A program made the position numbers and the translations under genes. Under the pieces are notes generated by a model. That model worked only from the letters and a program-made list of their open reading frames with translations, had not been told where the DNA came from and made no database searches. From an uncultured Chloroflexia bacterium (GTDB lineage Bacteria > Chloroflexota > Anaerolineae > CG2-30-64-16): a stretch of DNA of 64,000 bases. The stretch covers positions 96,001-160,000 of the forward strand of contig CAWEMM010000002.1 in NCBI GenBank assembly GCA_963810095.1, read 5' to 3'. This document shows positions 9,884 through 20,729 of this stretch, in pieces. Numbering within the stretch: the first letter of the stretch is position 1; each line of letters opens with the position of its first letter.

Positions 9884-11533
9884 TTAATATGCGCCGCGCC
9901 CGCCAATTACGGCAGGTATCGTCCGCAGCAGGATTGCGAGGTCCTTCCGCAGCGAGTAATGCTCGATATACCCCAGTTCCAGCGCGAGCCGCTCGTCGAA
10001 AGGCAGGTCGCCCCGCCCGCTCACCTGCATCGGCCCGGTCATGCCCGGCTTGACCGCCAGCCGCCGCCGCTGGTCGTCCGTATAGCGCGCAACCAGTGCG
10101 GCCTCTTCGGGCCGCGGGCCCACCAGGCTCATCTCCCCTCGCAGCACGTTGAACAACTGTGGCAGTTCGTCCAGGCTCCAGCGGCGCAGAGACCGGCCAG
10201 CCCGGGTCACGCGGGGGTCATTGGGGATTTTGAAAGCAGGCGCGGGCAGGTCATCGAGGTTGATCAGCCCCGACAGCGCCTGTTCGGCGTCCGTGGTCAT
10301 GGTGCGAAACTTAAGGATGCGGAAGGACTGGCCCTTCTGTCCCACCCGCACCTGCCGGAAAAGGACCGGTCCGGGCGAATCCAGCTTGATCCAGGCCGCA
10401 ATGACCAGCATGGGCAGCGCCATGGCCGCGAGCGTAAGGGTCGCGAGGACGAGGTCGAGCAGCCGCTTGGCCGCCCGCTGGGCCACGGTCAGCGGGGGAC
10501 GTGGTTCGTCGCTTTCCCGGGGGAAGCGGGCCAGGCCGGCGGCAAATCCGAAGCCCAGGGCCAGGGCACGGGCCCACATGATCGCCAAGCCCGGCAGCAG
10601 CACCGCGGGATCCTTGCGTACGATCTTCGCATAGAAGGGCAGCGCGGTCACGTCGAAAAGCGTGAGCGCGGCGACGAAGGCAATCCAGCCGGGCCACCAG
10701 GGGCTGTGCAGGGCCAGGCTGGCGATGGCGGCCACGGCCAGGAGTCCCAGGCTGGCCGCCGCGATGAGGAGTTGAGCCTTGAGCGCGCCGGGCGTGTGCG
10801 AGTCCTGCACCACCTGGGTGGGATGCTGGCGCGTCACCCGCACCTTCCACATGCCGATCCTGAACTTGCGCCGCATGTACTGGCCCAGGGTGCGGTTGTG
10901 CTGGTGGTACACCTGTGCCGCAGGCGCAAAGACCAGGCGGTAGCCCTTTTCGGCCAGCCGGAACGAAAACTCCTGGTCCTCGACCCACCAAATGCGCGTG
11001 TCGAAGCCGCCGTTTGCGAGGAAAATGTCGCGGCGGTAGGCTGCGCTGTAGGTGTCGACGAAGTCGATGCGCTCGGCCCCTGCCATCCGATCGTAACGAT
11101 CTTCGTACTCGAGTTGGGTGAACCGGGCGACGATGTTGCGCTGGCGCGACAGGTACGTGCCCTTGGCGCCTGCAACTTCCTCGTCCTCGACGGCGGGCTT
11201 TGCGAACGGCGCCGTGATCGCGCCGATCCACCCCGGCACCGGTTCGCAGTCGGCATCGGTGAAGAGCAGCAGGTCGCCCCGCGCGACTGCGGCGCCCGTA
11301 TTGCGGGCAGCTGCGGCGCCGGCATGGGGCTGGGTGATCGTCACCACGCCCGCCCGGCGCGCGATTTCGGCGGTGGCATCGCTCGAGCCGTCGTCGACGA
11401 CGATTACCTCGAAGGCGGCCGGATCGACTTCCTGTCCCGCCAGGGCGGCGAGGCAAGCGGGCAGGGTCGCAGCCGCCTGGTACGCGGGGACGATGACAGA
11501 GTAGCGGCAGTAGGCGTGGTCAGGCTGGGTCAT
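9884..11533 (-). CDS. GT2 glycosyltransferase fused to a bacterial sugar transferase (phosphoglycosyl transferase)
   Basis: N-terminal SVIVPAY, VVDDGS, FTDADC, EDQEF; TM segment; C-terminal KRLLD, KFRTM, SLDELPQL.NVLRGEMSLVGPRP, KPGMTG. Confidence 0.9.
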   Translation of the reverse strand: MTQPDHAYCRYSVIVPAYQAAATLPACLAALAGQEVDPAAFEVIVVDDGSSDATAEIARRAGVVTITQPHAGAAAARNTGAAVARGDLLLFTDADCEPVPGWIGAITAPFAKPAVEDEEVAGAKGTYLSRQRNIVARFTQLEYEDRYDRMAGAERIDFVDTYSAAYRRDIFLANGGFDTRIWWVEDQEFSFRLAEKGYRLVFAPAAQVYHQHNRTLGQYMRRKFRIGMWKVRVTRQHPTQVVQDSHTPGALKAQLLIAAASLGLLAVAAIASLALHSPWWPGWIAFVAALTLFDVTALPFYAKIVRKDPAVLLPGLAIMWARALALGFGFAAGLARFPRESDEPRPPLTVAQRAAKRLLDLVLATLTLAAMALPMLVIAAWIKLDSPGPVLFRQVRVGQKGQSFRILKFRTMTTDAEQALSGLINLDDLPAPAFKIPNDPRVTRAGRSLRRWSLDELPQLFNVLRGEMSLVGPRPEEAALVARYTDDQRRRLAVKPGMTGPMQVSGRGDLPFDERLALELGYIEHYSLRKDLAILLRTIPAVIGGRGAY

Positions 11534-12606
11534 GCCCGCCTTCCTTGACCGGATCTTGGGGCGCGCCTCCCGCGCGGACCTGCCAACCCAGCGGCACGGC
11601 GCAGCGCTCCGCCGCTCAGTGCTTCGCCCAGGCGCCAAAAGCTCAGCCCGAGCGCGATGCCCCCCAACAACACGGGCGGGCCCACCAGCACGCCGTTGAG
11701 GACCGTGCCCGCGGCCAGGCCCCGACTCGCTTCGACGCCAAACGCCGAGAGCACGGTCATGGTCACTGCGCCCACTACGCCGATCATTCCCGGCGGCGTC
11801 GGCGCCCAGTTACTCGACGTCAGCGCGAGCATGACGGCCAGCGCGGCGCTCCAGCCCACATCGAGGCGAAACGCAGCCAGCATGATTGCCACGGTGGCGA
11901 GTGAAAGCAGCCACACCGCGGCCGTGATGGCCGAAATGCGCACAAGCTGCTTCCCCCGCAGGCTGGCCATATTCGACAGGGTTGCTTCGAGCGCGTGCCG
12001 CCCCCAATTGACCGTACGGGCCAAGCGGACGGCCTTCGGATTGGGCAGCCGCGCCAGCGCCGCGACGATAGGCCGCTCCAGGTGGCCGAGTGTGAGCAGA
12101 CCTGCCAACAGGATCACGCCCAGAAGCACGCCCGCCGCGCCTGCTTCCATCCGCAGCGATGCCGGAATCAGGGAGAGGGGCAGGCCCGCAAGCACGATGA
12201 AGCCGACGGCCAGCAGGTCAAACGTTTTCTCGACGACGATCGTGCCAAACGTGCGGCCGACCGGGTGCCCTTTTTGGCGCATCAGCCCCAGCCGCGCCAC
12301 TTCGCCAAGGCGGATTGGAAACAGCAGGTTGAGCATCTGGCTGATCATGAGGACGCTGAAGAAAGTTGGATAGCGCAGCTTCGGCTCGGCGCCGGCATAG
12401 AGCCACTGCCAGCGAAGTGCTTTGCCGCCTGCCACCAGCACGACCGACGCTGTGGCAGCCCCCACGAGGGGCAGGGAAAAGGACGCAAACTCGGCGAGGA
12501 AGGCTGTCAGGTTGACCTGGCGCAGCGACACCCACAGGCAGACGGCGCCGACCAACAGGGCGCCCGCGGCCTGCGCCGAGCGGTTATGCAACAGGCGCCG
12601 GACCAT
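11530..12606 (-). CDS. lysylphosphatidylglycerol synthase TM-region (flippase-like) protein
   Basis: KALRWQWL, NLLFPIRLGEVAR, EKTFD, PTPPGMIG; polytopic. Confidence 0.8.
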   Translation of the reverse strand: MVRRLLHNRSAQAAGALLVGAVCLWVSLRQVNLTAFLAEFASFSLPLVGAATASVVLVAGGKALRWQWLYAGAEPKLRYPTFFSVLMISQMLNLLFPIRLGEVARLGLMRQKGHPVGRTFGTIVVEKTFDLLAVGFIVLAGLPLSLIPASLRMEAGAAGVLLGVILLAGLLTLGHLERPIVAALARLPNPKAVRLARTVNWGRHALEATLSNMASLRGKQLVRISAITAAVWLLSLATVAIMLAAFRLDVGWSAALAVMLALTSSNWAPTPPGMIGVVGAVTMTVLSAFGVEASRGLAAGTVLNGVLVGPPVLLGGIALGLSFWRLGEALSGGALRRAAGLAGPRGRRAPRSGQGRRA

Positions 12607-12609
12607 GGG

Positions 12610-13188
12610 CTAGGCTGTCGAGGCGGCGCGGCGCCGCTTCCGCCTGCGCACGAAAAACCAGGTAATCAGGACCGCGACGATGACGACGAAAACCGCGGCG
12701 AGCGCGGGCAGGATGATGGCGACCAATGTCGTAGTTGCGGATACGACGTCTTCCAGGACGCTGACAACGGGATTGGCAACGCCCGCGGTTGTCGCGGTAA
12801 TGATGGGCCGGGCGGTCGCCTTGACGGCGTGCACGCCGCCCGCGACCAGCAAGCCGCAGATCATGGCAACGACGGGGCTCATCTCGCTGATCACGTTGCC
12901 GCTGGCCGCGAACAAGATCGCGCCGGCCGCGGGCCGGATGACTGTCTGGATGACATCGTTGACCGAGTCCACGGCCGGGACCTTATCCGCCACCGTCTCG
13001 ACCACGAGCAGGATGAACAGGAGACCGAGAACCCAGGGACTTTCGAGGGCGTTCCAGGGAGTGTTGAGGGTGATGAGGTCGGTGAAGCGCGCCAGGAGGC
13101 CCACAATCAGCAGCGGTAAGTATGCGTTCAGGCCGGTCGCTCCGGACAGGCCAAAGGCAGCGAGCACTCCGATCACGCCCATACTCAT
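12610..13188 (-). CDS. DUF4126-like membrane protein
   Basis: GLNAYLPLL, ADKVPAVDSVND, NPVVSVLED. Confidence 0.8.
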   Translation of the reverse strand: MSMGVIGVLAAFGLSGATGLNAYLPLLIVGLLARFTDLITLNTPWNALESPWVLGLLFILLVVETVADKVPAVDSVNDVIQTVIRPAAGAILFAASGNVISEMSPVVAMICGLLVAGGVHAVKATARPIITATTAGVANPVVSVLEDVVSATTTLVAIILPALAAVFVVIVAVLITWFFVRRRKRRRAASTA

Positions 13189-13206
13189 CCTCCACCCATC
13201 AGCACA

Positions 13207-13284
13207 TTTACCACAAAGTCACAAAGACATACGGTTGTACGAAAGAGCCGGCCAGCCATTGTGTCTCGGTGTCTTTGTGGTAAA
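13207..13284. repeat. dispersed 9-nt-periodic hairpin element
   Basis: tttaccacaaagtcacaaagacat...tgtgtctcggtgtctttgtggtaaa imperfect inverted repeat. Confidence 0.65.
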
Positions 13285-13304
13285 GCTCCCTCCGGGCAAC
13301 GAGC

Positions 13305-14015
13305 CTACTGCAGCGGCTCGCCGATCGGCGTCACGCTGTTGTGCGCAATTTGGCCGAACAGGTGCGCCTGCACCAGGTACTGCCACAGCGTCGCCAGCGG
13401 AATCGTGATGATGGCGCCGACAAGCAGCAGGATGAAGCCGAGCGAACCCACAATCGCGGCAATGATGCCGGCCACGACGTCGACCAGCAGGATGGCGACG
13501 ATCACGTTGCCCAGGTTGTCGCGCGTGAACTGCCACATCTGGCCGAGCGCGAACGCGGACGTGAACTCGTCTGTCTGGGCAATGCGAATCCAGATTGCGG
13601 GCGTGATCAGCGCCACGAAGAGGATCCAGATCAGAAGGAGACACGACGCGCAGCACAAGATGGCGATACCGATGGCTTCACCACCCTGGCCCTGGTCGGT
13701 CAGCAGCGAGCCGATGACCAGCGGGATGGTCAGCAGGAGTGCGGGCAGCGCCCAGACGAAAGTGGCGGCTGCAACCTTGAACCCGCGGCTCAGGAATCCG
13801 CCCCAATCATCCCACTCGGGCATAGGCCGGGCTTCGCCGTTCATGACGTTGCGCAGGACCACGACGGTATAGCCCATGACGGCCATGAGGGGGATCAGGC
13901 CGATGAGGAACGGCATGAGCACGACCGCCAGCGCGCCCACGCCCGTCCCGATGGCCAGCTTCTTGAGCCACTCGGGATCGTCGAACATATAGGTAAAACC
14001 GCGACCAAAATCCAT
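13305..14015 (-). CDS. DUF4013-like membrane protein
   Basis: MDFGRGFTYMFDDPEWLKKL, GY..RNV, MPEWDDWG; Shine-Dalgarno aggagg. Confidence 0.8.
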   Translation of the reverse strand: MDFGRGFTYMFDDPEWLKKLAIGTGVGALAVVLMPFLIGLIPLMAVMGYTVVVLRNVMNGEARPMPEWDDWGGFLSRGFKVAAATFVWALPALLLTIPLVIGSLLTDQGQGGEAIGIAILCCASCLLLIWILFVALITPAIWIRIAQTDEFTSAFALGQMWQFTRDNLGNVIVAILLVDVVAGIIAAIVGSLGFILLLVGAIITIPLATLWQYLVQAHLFGQIAHNSVTPIGEPLQ

Positions 14016-14275
14016 GAGTTCCTCCTTGGGTTTGGAGCGCAATCTCGCGCCGATGAGCTTCCCAGAACACCGCGGGTGGGGCGGTGAAACATGGTCCAAT
14101 GATAAGCCCGCTTCGATTCGCGCGGATGGCAAGCAGCCGACGAAGGGCTGACGCTTGTATGACGCGTCAAAGGCACCGTGGACACGCCGATTGCGTCGCA
14201 TCATACCATAGCTGCCGGCTATCCGGAACACAATCGCTCGTGCCCGTCAGCCGCCATCAGCGACCTGATTTCAAC

Positions 14276-15079
14276 TCAGAACGGGAGCCCGAATCGAGCA
14301 GTCAGGGCATCCCGAGCCGCGCCGATCAGTGCGATCTCGCAGAGCGCCAGCGCCAATCCGACCGTCAGAGGCGACAGCACCTCGCGCCAGTGCCGGGCCT
14401 TGCCGTCGCGCCGGCGCGCGGCCAGGTAGAACATCGTGTTCAGCGCGCCGAGCAGCACAGCCACCATGAGGCCGCTGAGCAGGGCTAGCGGATAGAGCAG
14501 GGGCTCCCACTCGCTGCCGACCCCCACGACGACCACGCCGGCTCCGAGGAGCAGGCACAACAGGTCACGACCGCCCGCGATGCTGCGGGTGTCAGACGGA
14601 GCGCGCCAGAACGTGATGTTGATTGCGGGGACCAGGATGGCCGCAATCGCAATGCCCTCCAGGGAACCGGTGACCAGGCGCAAGAGGTTGCTGGGCGTGT
14701 AGAGATGCGGCAGTTCCAGCAGGGCGAGGAATGAATTGAGGCCGTCGAGCGCCCACAGAAGCATGAAGAGCCCCAGTACGATGAGGTAGGGCCGCGCCGG
14801 GAAGCGGCCGGCCCGCAGCTTCCCTCGAGACGCCAGCACGATCAGGCCGGCCAGGGCCCCCAGGTAGGTGCCGGTGCACCGCGCGCAGAGCGGTAGTTGC
14901 CGGCCCGCGATAAAGAAGCTGTGGTCGCCGATCTGGTGGCACACGGCGTAGCCAGCCCTATCGGCTGCCTGCAACGGGCTGTGGGGGCCGAGAAACAGCA
15001 GCACGGCGATAACGACCAGCGCAAAGACGGCGATGAGGCGCTCGGAAGTCGGCTTGAATCGGGAAGGCGAGGCGGACAT
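14276..15079 (-). CDS. DUF2085-like membrane protein (probably leaderless)
   Basis: CHQ..HSF...QLPLCARCTGTYLG, DG, RLVTG; TATAAT 6 nt before the ATG. Confidence 0.8.
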   Translation of the reverse strand: MSASPSRFKPTSERLIAVFALVVIAVLLFLGPHSPLQAADRAGYAVCHQIGDHSFFIAGRQLPLCARCTGTYLGALAGLIVLASRGKLRAGRFPARPYLIVLGLFMLLWALDGLNSFLALLELPHLYTPSNLLRLVTGSLEGIAIAAILVPAINITFWRAPSDTRSIAGGRDLLCLLLGAGVVVVGVGSEWEPLLYPLALLSGLMVAVLLGALNTMFYLAARRRDGKARHWREVLSPLTVGLALALCEIALIGAARDALTARFGLPF

Positions 15080-15505
15080 ATCGCTATTATATGCGACGGC
15101 CTGCGTGGGCCAAACGCGATTTGCGCCGGCAAGCAACGCGTGCTAGACTCGCGGTGTCTACCGCCTCGCATCCACGCGGCCAGGCGTCGATTCCAGGCGG
15201 AACCGGTCCTTGTCTCCCGCCAGGGAGGCTCTAACGCATGCATAGGGAGGCGCCGCTGACCGATACTCCTCACCGATCTCCCGCATTTTGAATTTCATCG
15301 ATTGCCTCGGCAAAGCGGTTATGGCGCTAGCGCCCGAGACGTGCGCACCGGCCCGGTCTTGGCCATTGGATGTGCGGAGGCATGGCCTAGCCTTCCAGTC
15401 GGGAACGGCGGACGCTCGACCGAAAAGTTCTGTTTGCCCTGGCTGCTGCATATACTCCGAAGAGTCGCGCGCCGCGCGATACAGTGCACAAGGAGCAAAA
15501 CACTC

Positions 15506-16615
<1,110 letters not shown>

Positions 16616-16634
16616 AACCCGGACCGGGCGGCTG

Positions 16635-16675
16635 AAAAAGAGACCTGGTTTCTTCAAGAAACCAGGTCTCTTTTT
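16635..16675. terminator. bidirectional terminator / REP-like palindrome between convergent genes
   Basis: aaaaagagacctggtttctt-c-aagaaaccaggtctcttttt; 20-bp arms with A/T tails. Confidence 0.8.
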
Positions 16676-16700
16676 ATTCGCTTCGCACGCCTTGCGCCGT

Positions 16701-17246
16701 TTATCCCATGAACGCGGCCGCTTCTGCTGCCTCGCCTGTAGCCGCGGCCGCTTCCTCGGCCGTCAGCCGGTGGATCGTGGCGGGATCGGCCTTATCGATG
16801 AAGAGCACACCCTCCAGGTGATCGATCTCGTGCTGAAAGATGCGCGCCAGGTAATCCTGCGCCTTGATTCGCTGGGGGCGGCCGAATGCATCCTGCCCGC
16901 GTACCACGAGCTCGACGCTCCGCTCTACCTCGCCGACATATCCCGGGATGGACAGGCAGCCTTCTTCGCCCTTTTCAGTGTCGCGCGACGCTTTGACAAT
17001 CTCGGGATTGACGAAGGTGTACAACTCGGCAGGTAAGCCCTCTTCTTCGTCCGCGGGCAGTTCGACCACGATGATGCGCTCGGGGATATTAATCTGTGGG
17101 GCGGCCAGCCCTACGCCGGGCGCAAGCCGCATTGTCTCGACCATGTCGTCAATCAACTGCTGAAGCTCGGGCCCAAACTTGGTGACCTTGCGCGCCTTCT
17201 GGCGCAAGGTAGGATGCCCGAGCGTAATGATCTGCCGAATTGCCAT
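16701..17246 (-). CDS. def: peptide deformylase
   Basis: GVGLAAPQ, EGCLS, QHEIDHLEG. Confidence 0.96.
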   Translation of the reverse strand: MAIRQIITLGHPTLRQKARKVTKFGPELQQLIDDMVETMRLAPGVGLAAPQINIPERIIVVELPADEEEGLPAELYTFVNPEIVKASRDTEKGEEGCLSIPGYVGEVERSVELVVRGQDAFGRPQRIKAQDYLARIFQHEIDHLEGVLFIDKADPATIHRLTAEEAAAATGEAAEAAAFMG

Positions 17247-17283
17247 CTGCCAGCTCCCCTTAATTTCTCAACAATTCGGTATA

Positions 17284-17311
17284 ATTATACCCTTTGGCCG
17301 GAAACTGTCAA
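17284..17311 (-). promoter_or_regulatory. sigma70 promoter of def
   Basis: Minus strand TTGACA-16 bp-TATAAT. Confidence 0.7.
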
Positions 17312-17525
17312 AGCGCCGTGCTCCACTTGGGGGGTCGTCGGGCCAGGGCTGCTCGCGTGCCAGGGTCCGCTGCGAACATTCCTTGCAAAACTACCCGCTG
17401 CAGTGGTACATTCAACCTTGCCGCACGACCTAATAGGGTATTTGGCTGCCCGTGCGGCGACAATATTAGCTGGACGGCCCCACTGTCATCGCAAGACGCG
17501 GGGCCGCCCCGGAGAGAGGCTCCTT

Positions 17526-18368
17526 TTGAACGAAAAACTCAACCGGCTCCGCGCACTTCTGCGCGGGTTTGACCGGGTTGCGGTCGCATATTCCGGCGGC
17601 GTCGACAGCACGCTTGTGCTCAAGGTGGCTCACGACGAGCTGGGCGTCAACGCCATCGGCCTCACCGCCGTATCGGCCAGCATGCCGCATTACGAGCGCT
17701 CCGCCGCCGACCAGGTGGCCCAACAGATCGGCGCCCGCGTGCTTTACATCCAAACGCATGAAGACGAAGACGACCGCTACCTGGAAAATCCCCCGAACCG
17801 CTGCTACTTCTGCAAGACCGACGTGTACGACGAACTGATCCAGGTCGCGGCCGGGGAAGGGTTTTCGGTATTGCTTGACGGCACGAACGCGGACGATGCG
17901 GGCGATTGGCGGCCGGGGCGCGAAGCCGCGCGCCAGCACGGTGTCCGCAGCCCCCTGCAGGAGATGGGCTTTACGAAAGACGAGATTCGCGCAGCGGCGC
18001 GCGAGTTGGGGCTCGCCAACTGGGATCTGCCATCTGCGCCCTGTCTCTCCTCGCGTGTCCCGTACGGCACCCGCATCACCCCCGAGATGCTCGATCAGAT
18101 CGGGCGAGGTGAGTGGGCGCTGCGCGAAAAGGGCTTCCGTGAGGTCCGCGTGCGCCATCACGGTCCCGTCGCCCGCGTCGAGGTGCCCGTGAGCGAACTG
18201 GAGCGCGCGCTCGCCATGCGCGAAGAGATCGTCGCCGCGTTGAAAGAAGCCGGCTACACGTTCGTTGCCTTAGATCTATCCGGCCTGAAGTCGGGCGGCC
18301 TGAACCTGGCCATCAAGAGCTACGGGAGCGCGAGTGGACGCGGAGAAACTGCGCCAACTGCTGAGTGA
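17526..18368 (+). CDS. larE: ATP-dependent sulfur transferase LarE
   Basis: SGGVDS PP-loop, RCYFCK, DGTNADD, PCLSSR; TTG start inferred. Confidence 0.92.
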   Translation: MNEKLNRLRALLRGFDRVAVAYSGGVDSTLVLKVAHDELGVNAIGLTAVSASMPHYERSAADQVAQQIGARVLYIQTHEDEDDRYLENPPNRCYFCKTDVYDELIQVAAGEGFSVLLDGTNADDAGDWRPGREAARQHGVRSPLQEMGFTKDEIRAAARELGLANWDLPSAPCLSSRVPYGTRITPEMLDQIGRGEWALREKGFREVRVRHHGPVARVEVPVSELERALAMREEIVAALKEAGYTFVALDLSGLKSGGLNLAIKSYGSASGRGETAPTAE

Positions 18369-19095
18369 GGTCCAAGCCGGCGGTGTAAGCGTGGACGACG
18401 CGCTGGGCCGGCTCCGGACACTGCCTTTCGAGGATCTGGGCTACGCACAGCTCGATCTGCACCGCGCCCTGCGCCAGGGGTTGCCCGAGGTGGTTTTCTG
18501 CCAGGGCAAAACGAACGAGCACGCGGCCGGTATTTTCGAGCGCCTGTGGGCCAACCACGACCGGGTTCTAGGCACCCGGGCGTCGCCCGAGATGGCTGCG
18601 TTCATCCAGGCGCGGCTGCCCGAAGCCCGCTACGACCCGCTCTCCCGGTTGGTGATGTTGGCGCGCGGCGATCAGCCTGAGCCCGGGCCAGACGGGCCAT
18701 ACGCACTCGTCGCCTGCGCGGGCACGGCCGATCTGTCCGTGGCGGAAGAGGCGAGCCAGACACTCTCGTTCTTTAGCGGCCGCGTCAGACGCGCCTACGA
18801 TGTCGGGGTCGCCGGCATCCACCGGCTGCTGGACCGCCGGGAGGACATAGCCGGGGCATCGGTCATCATCAGCGTGGCGGGAATGGAGGGCGCACTCACC
18901 AGCGTCATCGGCGGATTGGCCGGATGCCCCGTCATCGGAGTGCCGACGAGCGTCGGTTATGGTGCGAGTTTCGGCGGGCTAGCCGCGCTGCTCGCCATGC
19001 TGAATTCGTGCGCGTCCGGCGTCTCTGTCGTAAACATCGACAATGGATTCGGCGCGGCCATTACGGCCCACCGGATCCTTGCGCTGGCCAGGTAG
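18334..19095 (+). CDS. larB: NPN cofactor carboxylase/hydrolase LarB
   Basis: PEVVFCQGK, AGTAD, DVGVAGIHRL, AGMEGAL, PTSVGYG, NIDNGFGAA. Confidence 0.95.
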   Translation: MDAEKLRQLLSEVQAGGVSVDDALGRLRTLPFEDLGYAQLDLHRALRQGLPEVVFCQGKTNEHAAGIFERLWANHDRVLGTRASPEMAAFIQARLPEARYDPLSRLVMLARGDQPEPGPDGPYALVACAGTADLSVAEEASQTLSFFSGRVRRAYDVGVAGIHRLLDRREDIAGASVIISVAGMEGALTSVIGGLAGCPVIGVPTSVGYGASFGGLAALLAMLNSCASGVSVVNIDNGFGAAITAHRILALAR

Positions 19096-19129
19096 GCGAG
19101 CCGGCCGGCGCTTTCCAGGAACAATCTAC

Positions 19130-20281
19130 ATGCGAGTGCTCTATTTCGACTGCGTCGCCGGCGCGAGCGGCGACATGATCCTGGCAGCCCTGCTGGCCGC
19201 GGGGTTGGACGAGGGCGCACTGGCCGCGCGGCTGGCACACCTGCACCTGCCCGGCTTCAGGCTCCAGGTCGAGCGCGTCCAGAAGTCCGGCATCGCCGCG
19301 ACGCACGTCGAAGTGCTCGTCGACGACGACGTACCCGAGCGCCATCTCCGGGAGCTGGTTGCCGTCGTCGAAGCGGCCGCGTTGCCGGCCCACGTGATCG
19401 AGAAGTCTATCGCGATCCTGCGCCGGATAGGGGAGGTCGAAGCCGCAATCCATGGCGCACCGGACGCGGAACAGGTTCATCTCCACGAGTTGGGCGGCCT
19501 GGATACACTTGTCGACGTCGTCGGCGCGGTGAGTGGGGTCGACTTGCTGGGGGCAGAAAAGGTCATCTGCTCCCCCATCCCCCTTGGACGCGGCTTTGCG
19601 CGCAGTGCGCACGGCAGGATTCCCGTCCCGGCCCCCGCGACCCTGGCGTTGCTGCAGGGCGCGCCCGTCATGGGCATCGACGTGGAAGGCGAGACGGTTA
19701 CGCCGACAGGGGCGGCCTTGCTCACGTCGCTTGCGTCGGGTTACGGCTCCATCCCGGCCATGACCCTCGAGGCCACCGGCTACGGCGCGGGCCGCAAAGA
19801 TTGGGCGATTCCCAACGTGCTGCGGGTGCTCGTCGGCGAGGCCGAGGCGCAGGGCTTGCAGGAGTCGCTGTCGCTCCTCGAGACAAATATCGACGACTTG
19901 AATCCGGAGACGTACGAATACGTGATGGCCCGTCTGTTTTCAGCGGGCGCGCTGGACGTATTTCTTGCGCCGATCCAGATGAAGAAGAACCGGCCGGCCA
20001 CCTTGCTCTCGGTGCTGTGCCGCCCCACGCTGGTCGACGCGCTTACGCAGATCCTCTTTGCCGAGACCAGTACCTTGGGCATTCGCCGGCAAGACGTTAC
20101 CCGCACTTGCCTTCCGCGCGAAATCCGCACCGTAGAAACACCGTACGGGCCGATCCGGGTGAAACTGGCCCATATGGGAGACCGCCACAAGGCCGCGCCC
20201 GAATACGAGGACTGCCGGCGCGCGGCTGAGGCGCACGGAGTGCCGCTGCGAGACGTCTATTTGGCCGCGCAACAGTTCTGA
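19130..20281 (+). CDS. larC: nickel insertion protein LarC
   Basis: GASGDM, HLHELG..DT..D, PVPAPAT, TPTGAA, ETNIDD, MKKNRP, PEYEDC. Confidence 0.94.
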   Translation: MRVLYFDCVAGASGDMILAALLAAGLDEGALAARLAHLHLPGFRLQVERVQKSGIAATHVEVLVDDDVPERHLRELVAVVEAAALPAHVIEKSIAILRRIGEVEAAIHGAPDAEQVHLHELGGLDTLVDVVGAVSGVDLLGAEKVICSPIPLGRGFARSAHGRIPVPAPATLALLQGAPVMGIDVEGETVTPTGAALLTSLASGYGSIPAMTLEATGYGAGRKDWAIPNVLRVLVGEAEAQGLQESLSLLETNIDDLNPETYEYVMARLFSAGALDVFLAPIQMKKNRPATLLSVLCRPTLVDALTQILFAETSTLGIRRQDVTRTCLPREIRTVETPYGPIRVKLAHMGDRHKAAPEYEDCRRAAEAHGVPLRDVYLAAQQF

Positions 20282-20372
20282 GCGTTCTGCTCGGGTTGGC
20301 CCAACATTCATGGTTTGTTCGCTGCCAGACGCCATTCCACTGCTCTGCAAAGGGACAATCGTGAGATGTGAT

Positions 20373-20401
20373 TTGCGGCGCGTCGACAAGCTGCGTATAA
20401 T
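20373..20401 (+). promoter_or_regulatory. candidate promoter of the BMP ABC operon
   Basis: TTGCGG-17 bp-TATAAT, about 330 nt upstream of the ATG. Confidence 0.55.
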
Positions 20402-20729
20402 GTTCTCGGCTACGGCGGGCGCGTCAGAACGGACTGGCGCGGCCAAGCCCCAGGCCTTTCCTGCCGCATTGTGGCTCGTTCTGCCTTCCCTCGGAGGGAA
20501 GCAGCCCACAACGCCAGAACTAACGCATGTTCCTCAGTACAAACCCAGCGCGCGTCTTGCTGGTTGAGTTCTCGTCGAGAGGAGGTGCAATCCATTCGGA
20601 TGGCGGGGGGTTGCCTGTGGTAAAGCTTATCAGCGTCGCGTTCCCTCTGCCAAGCTCCCCTTGCTTCTCGTTCTTTCACAGTTACCCTGTTGGTTCACCT
20701 GTAAACCCTATCAGGAGGAGATTGAAGTG

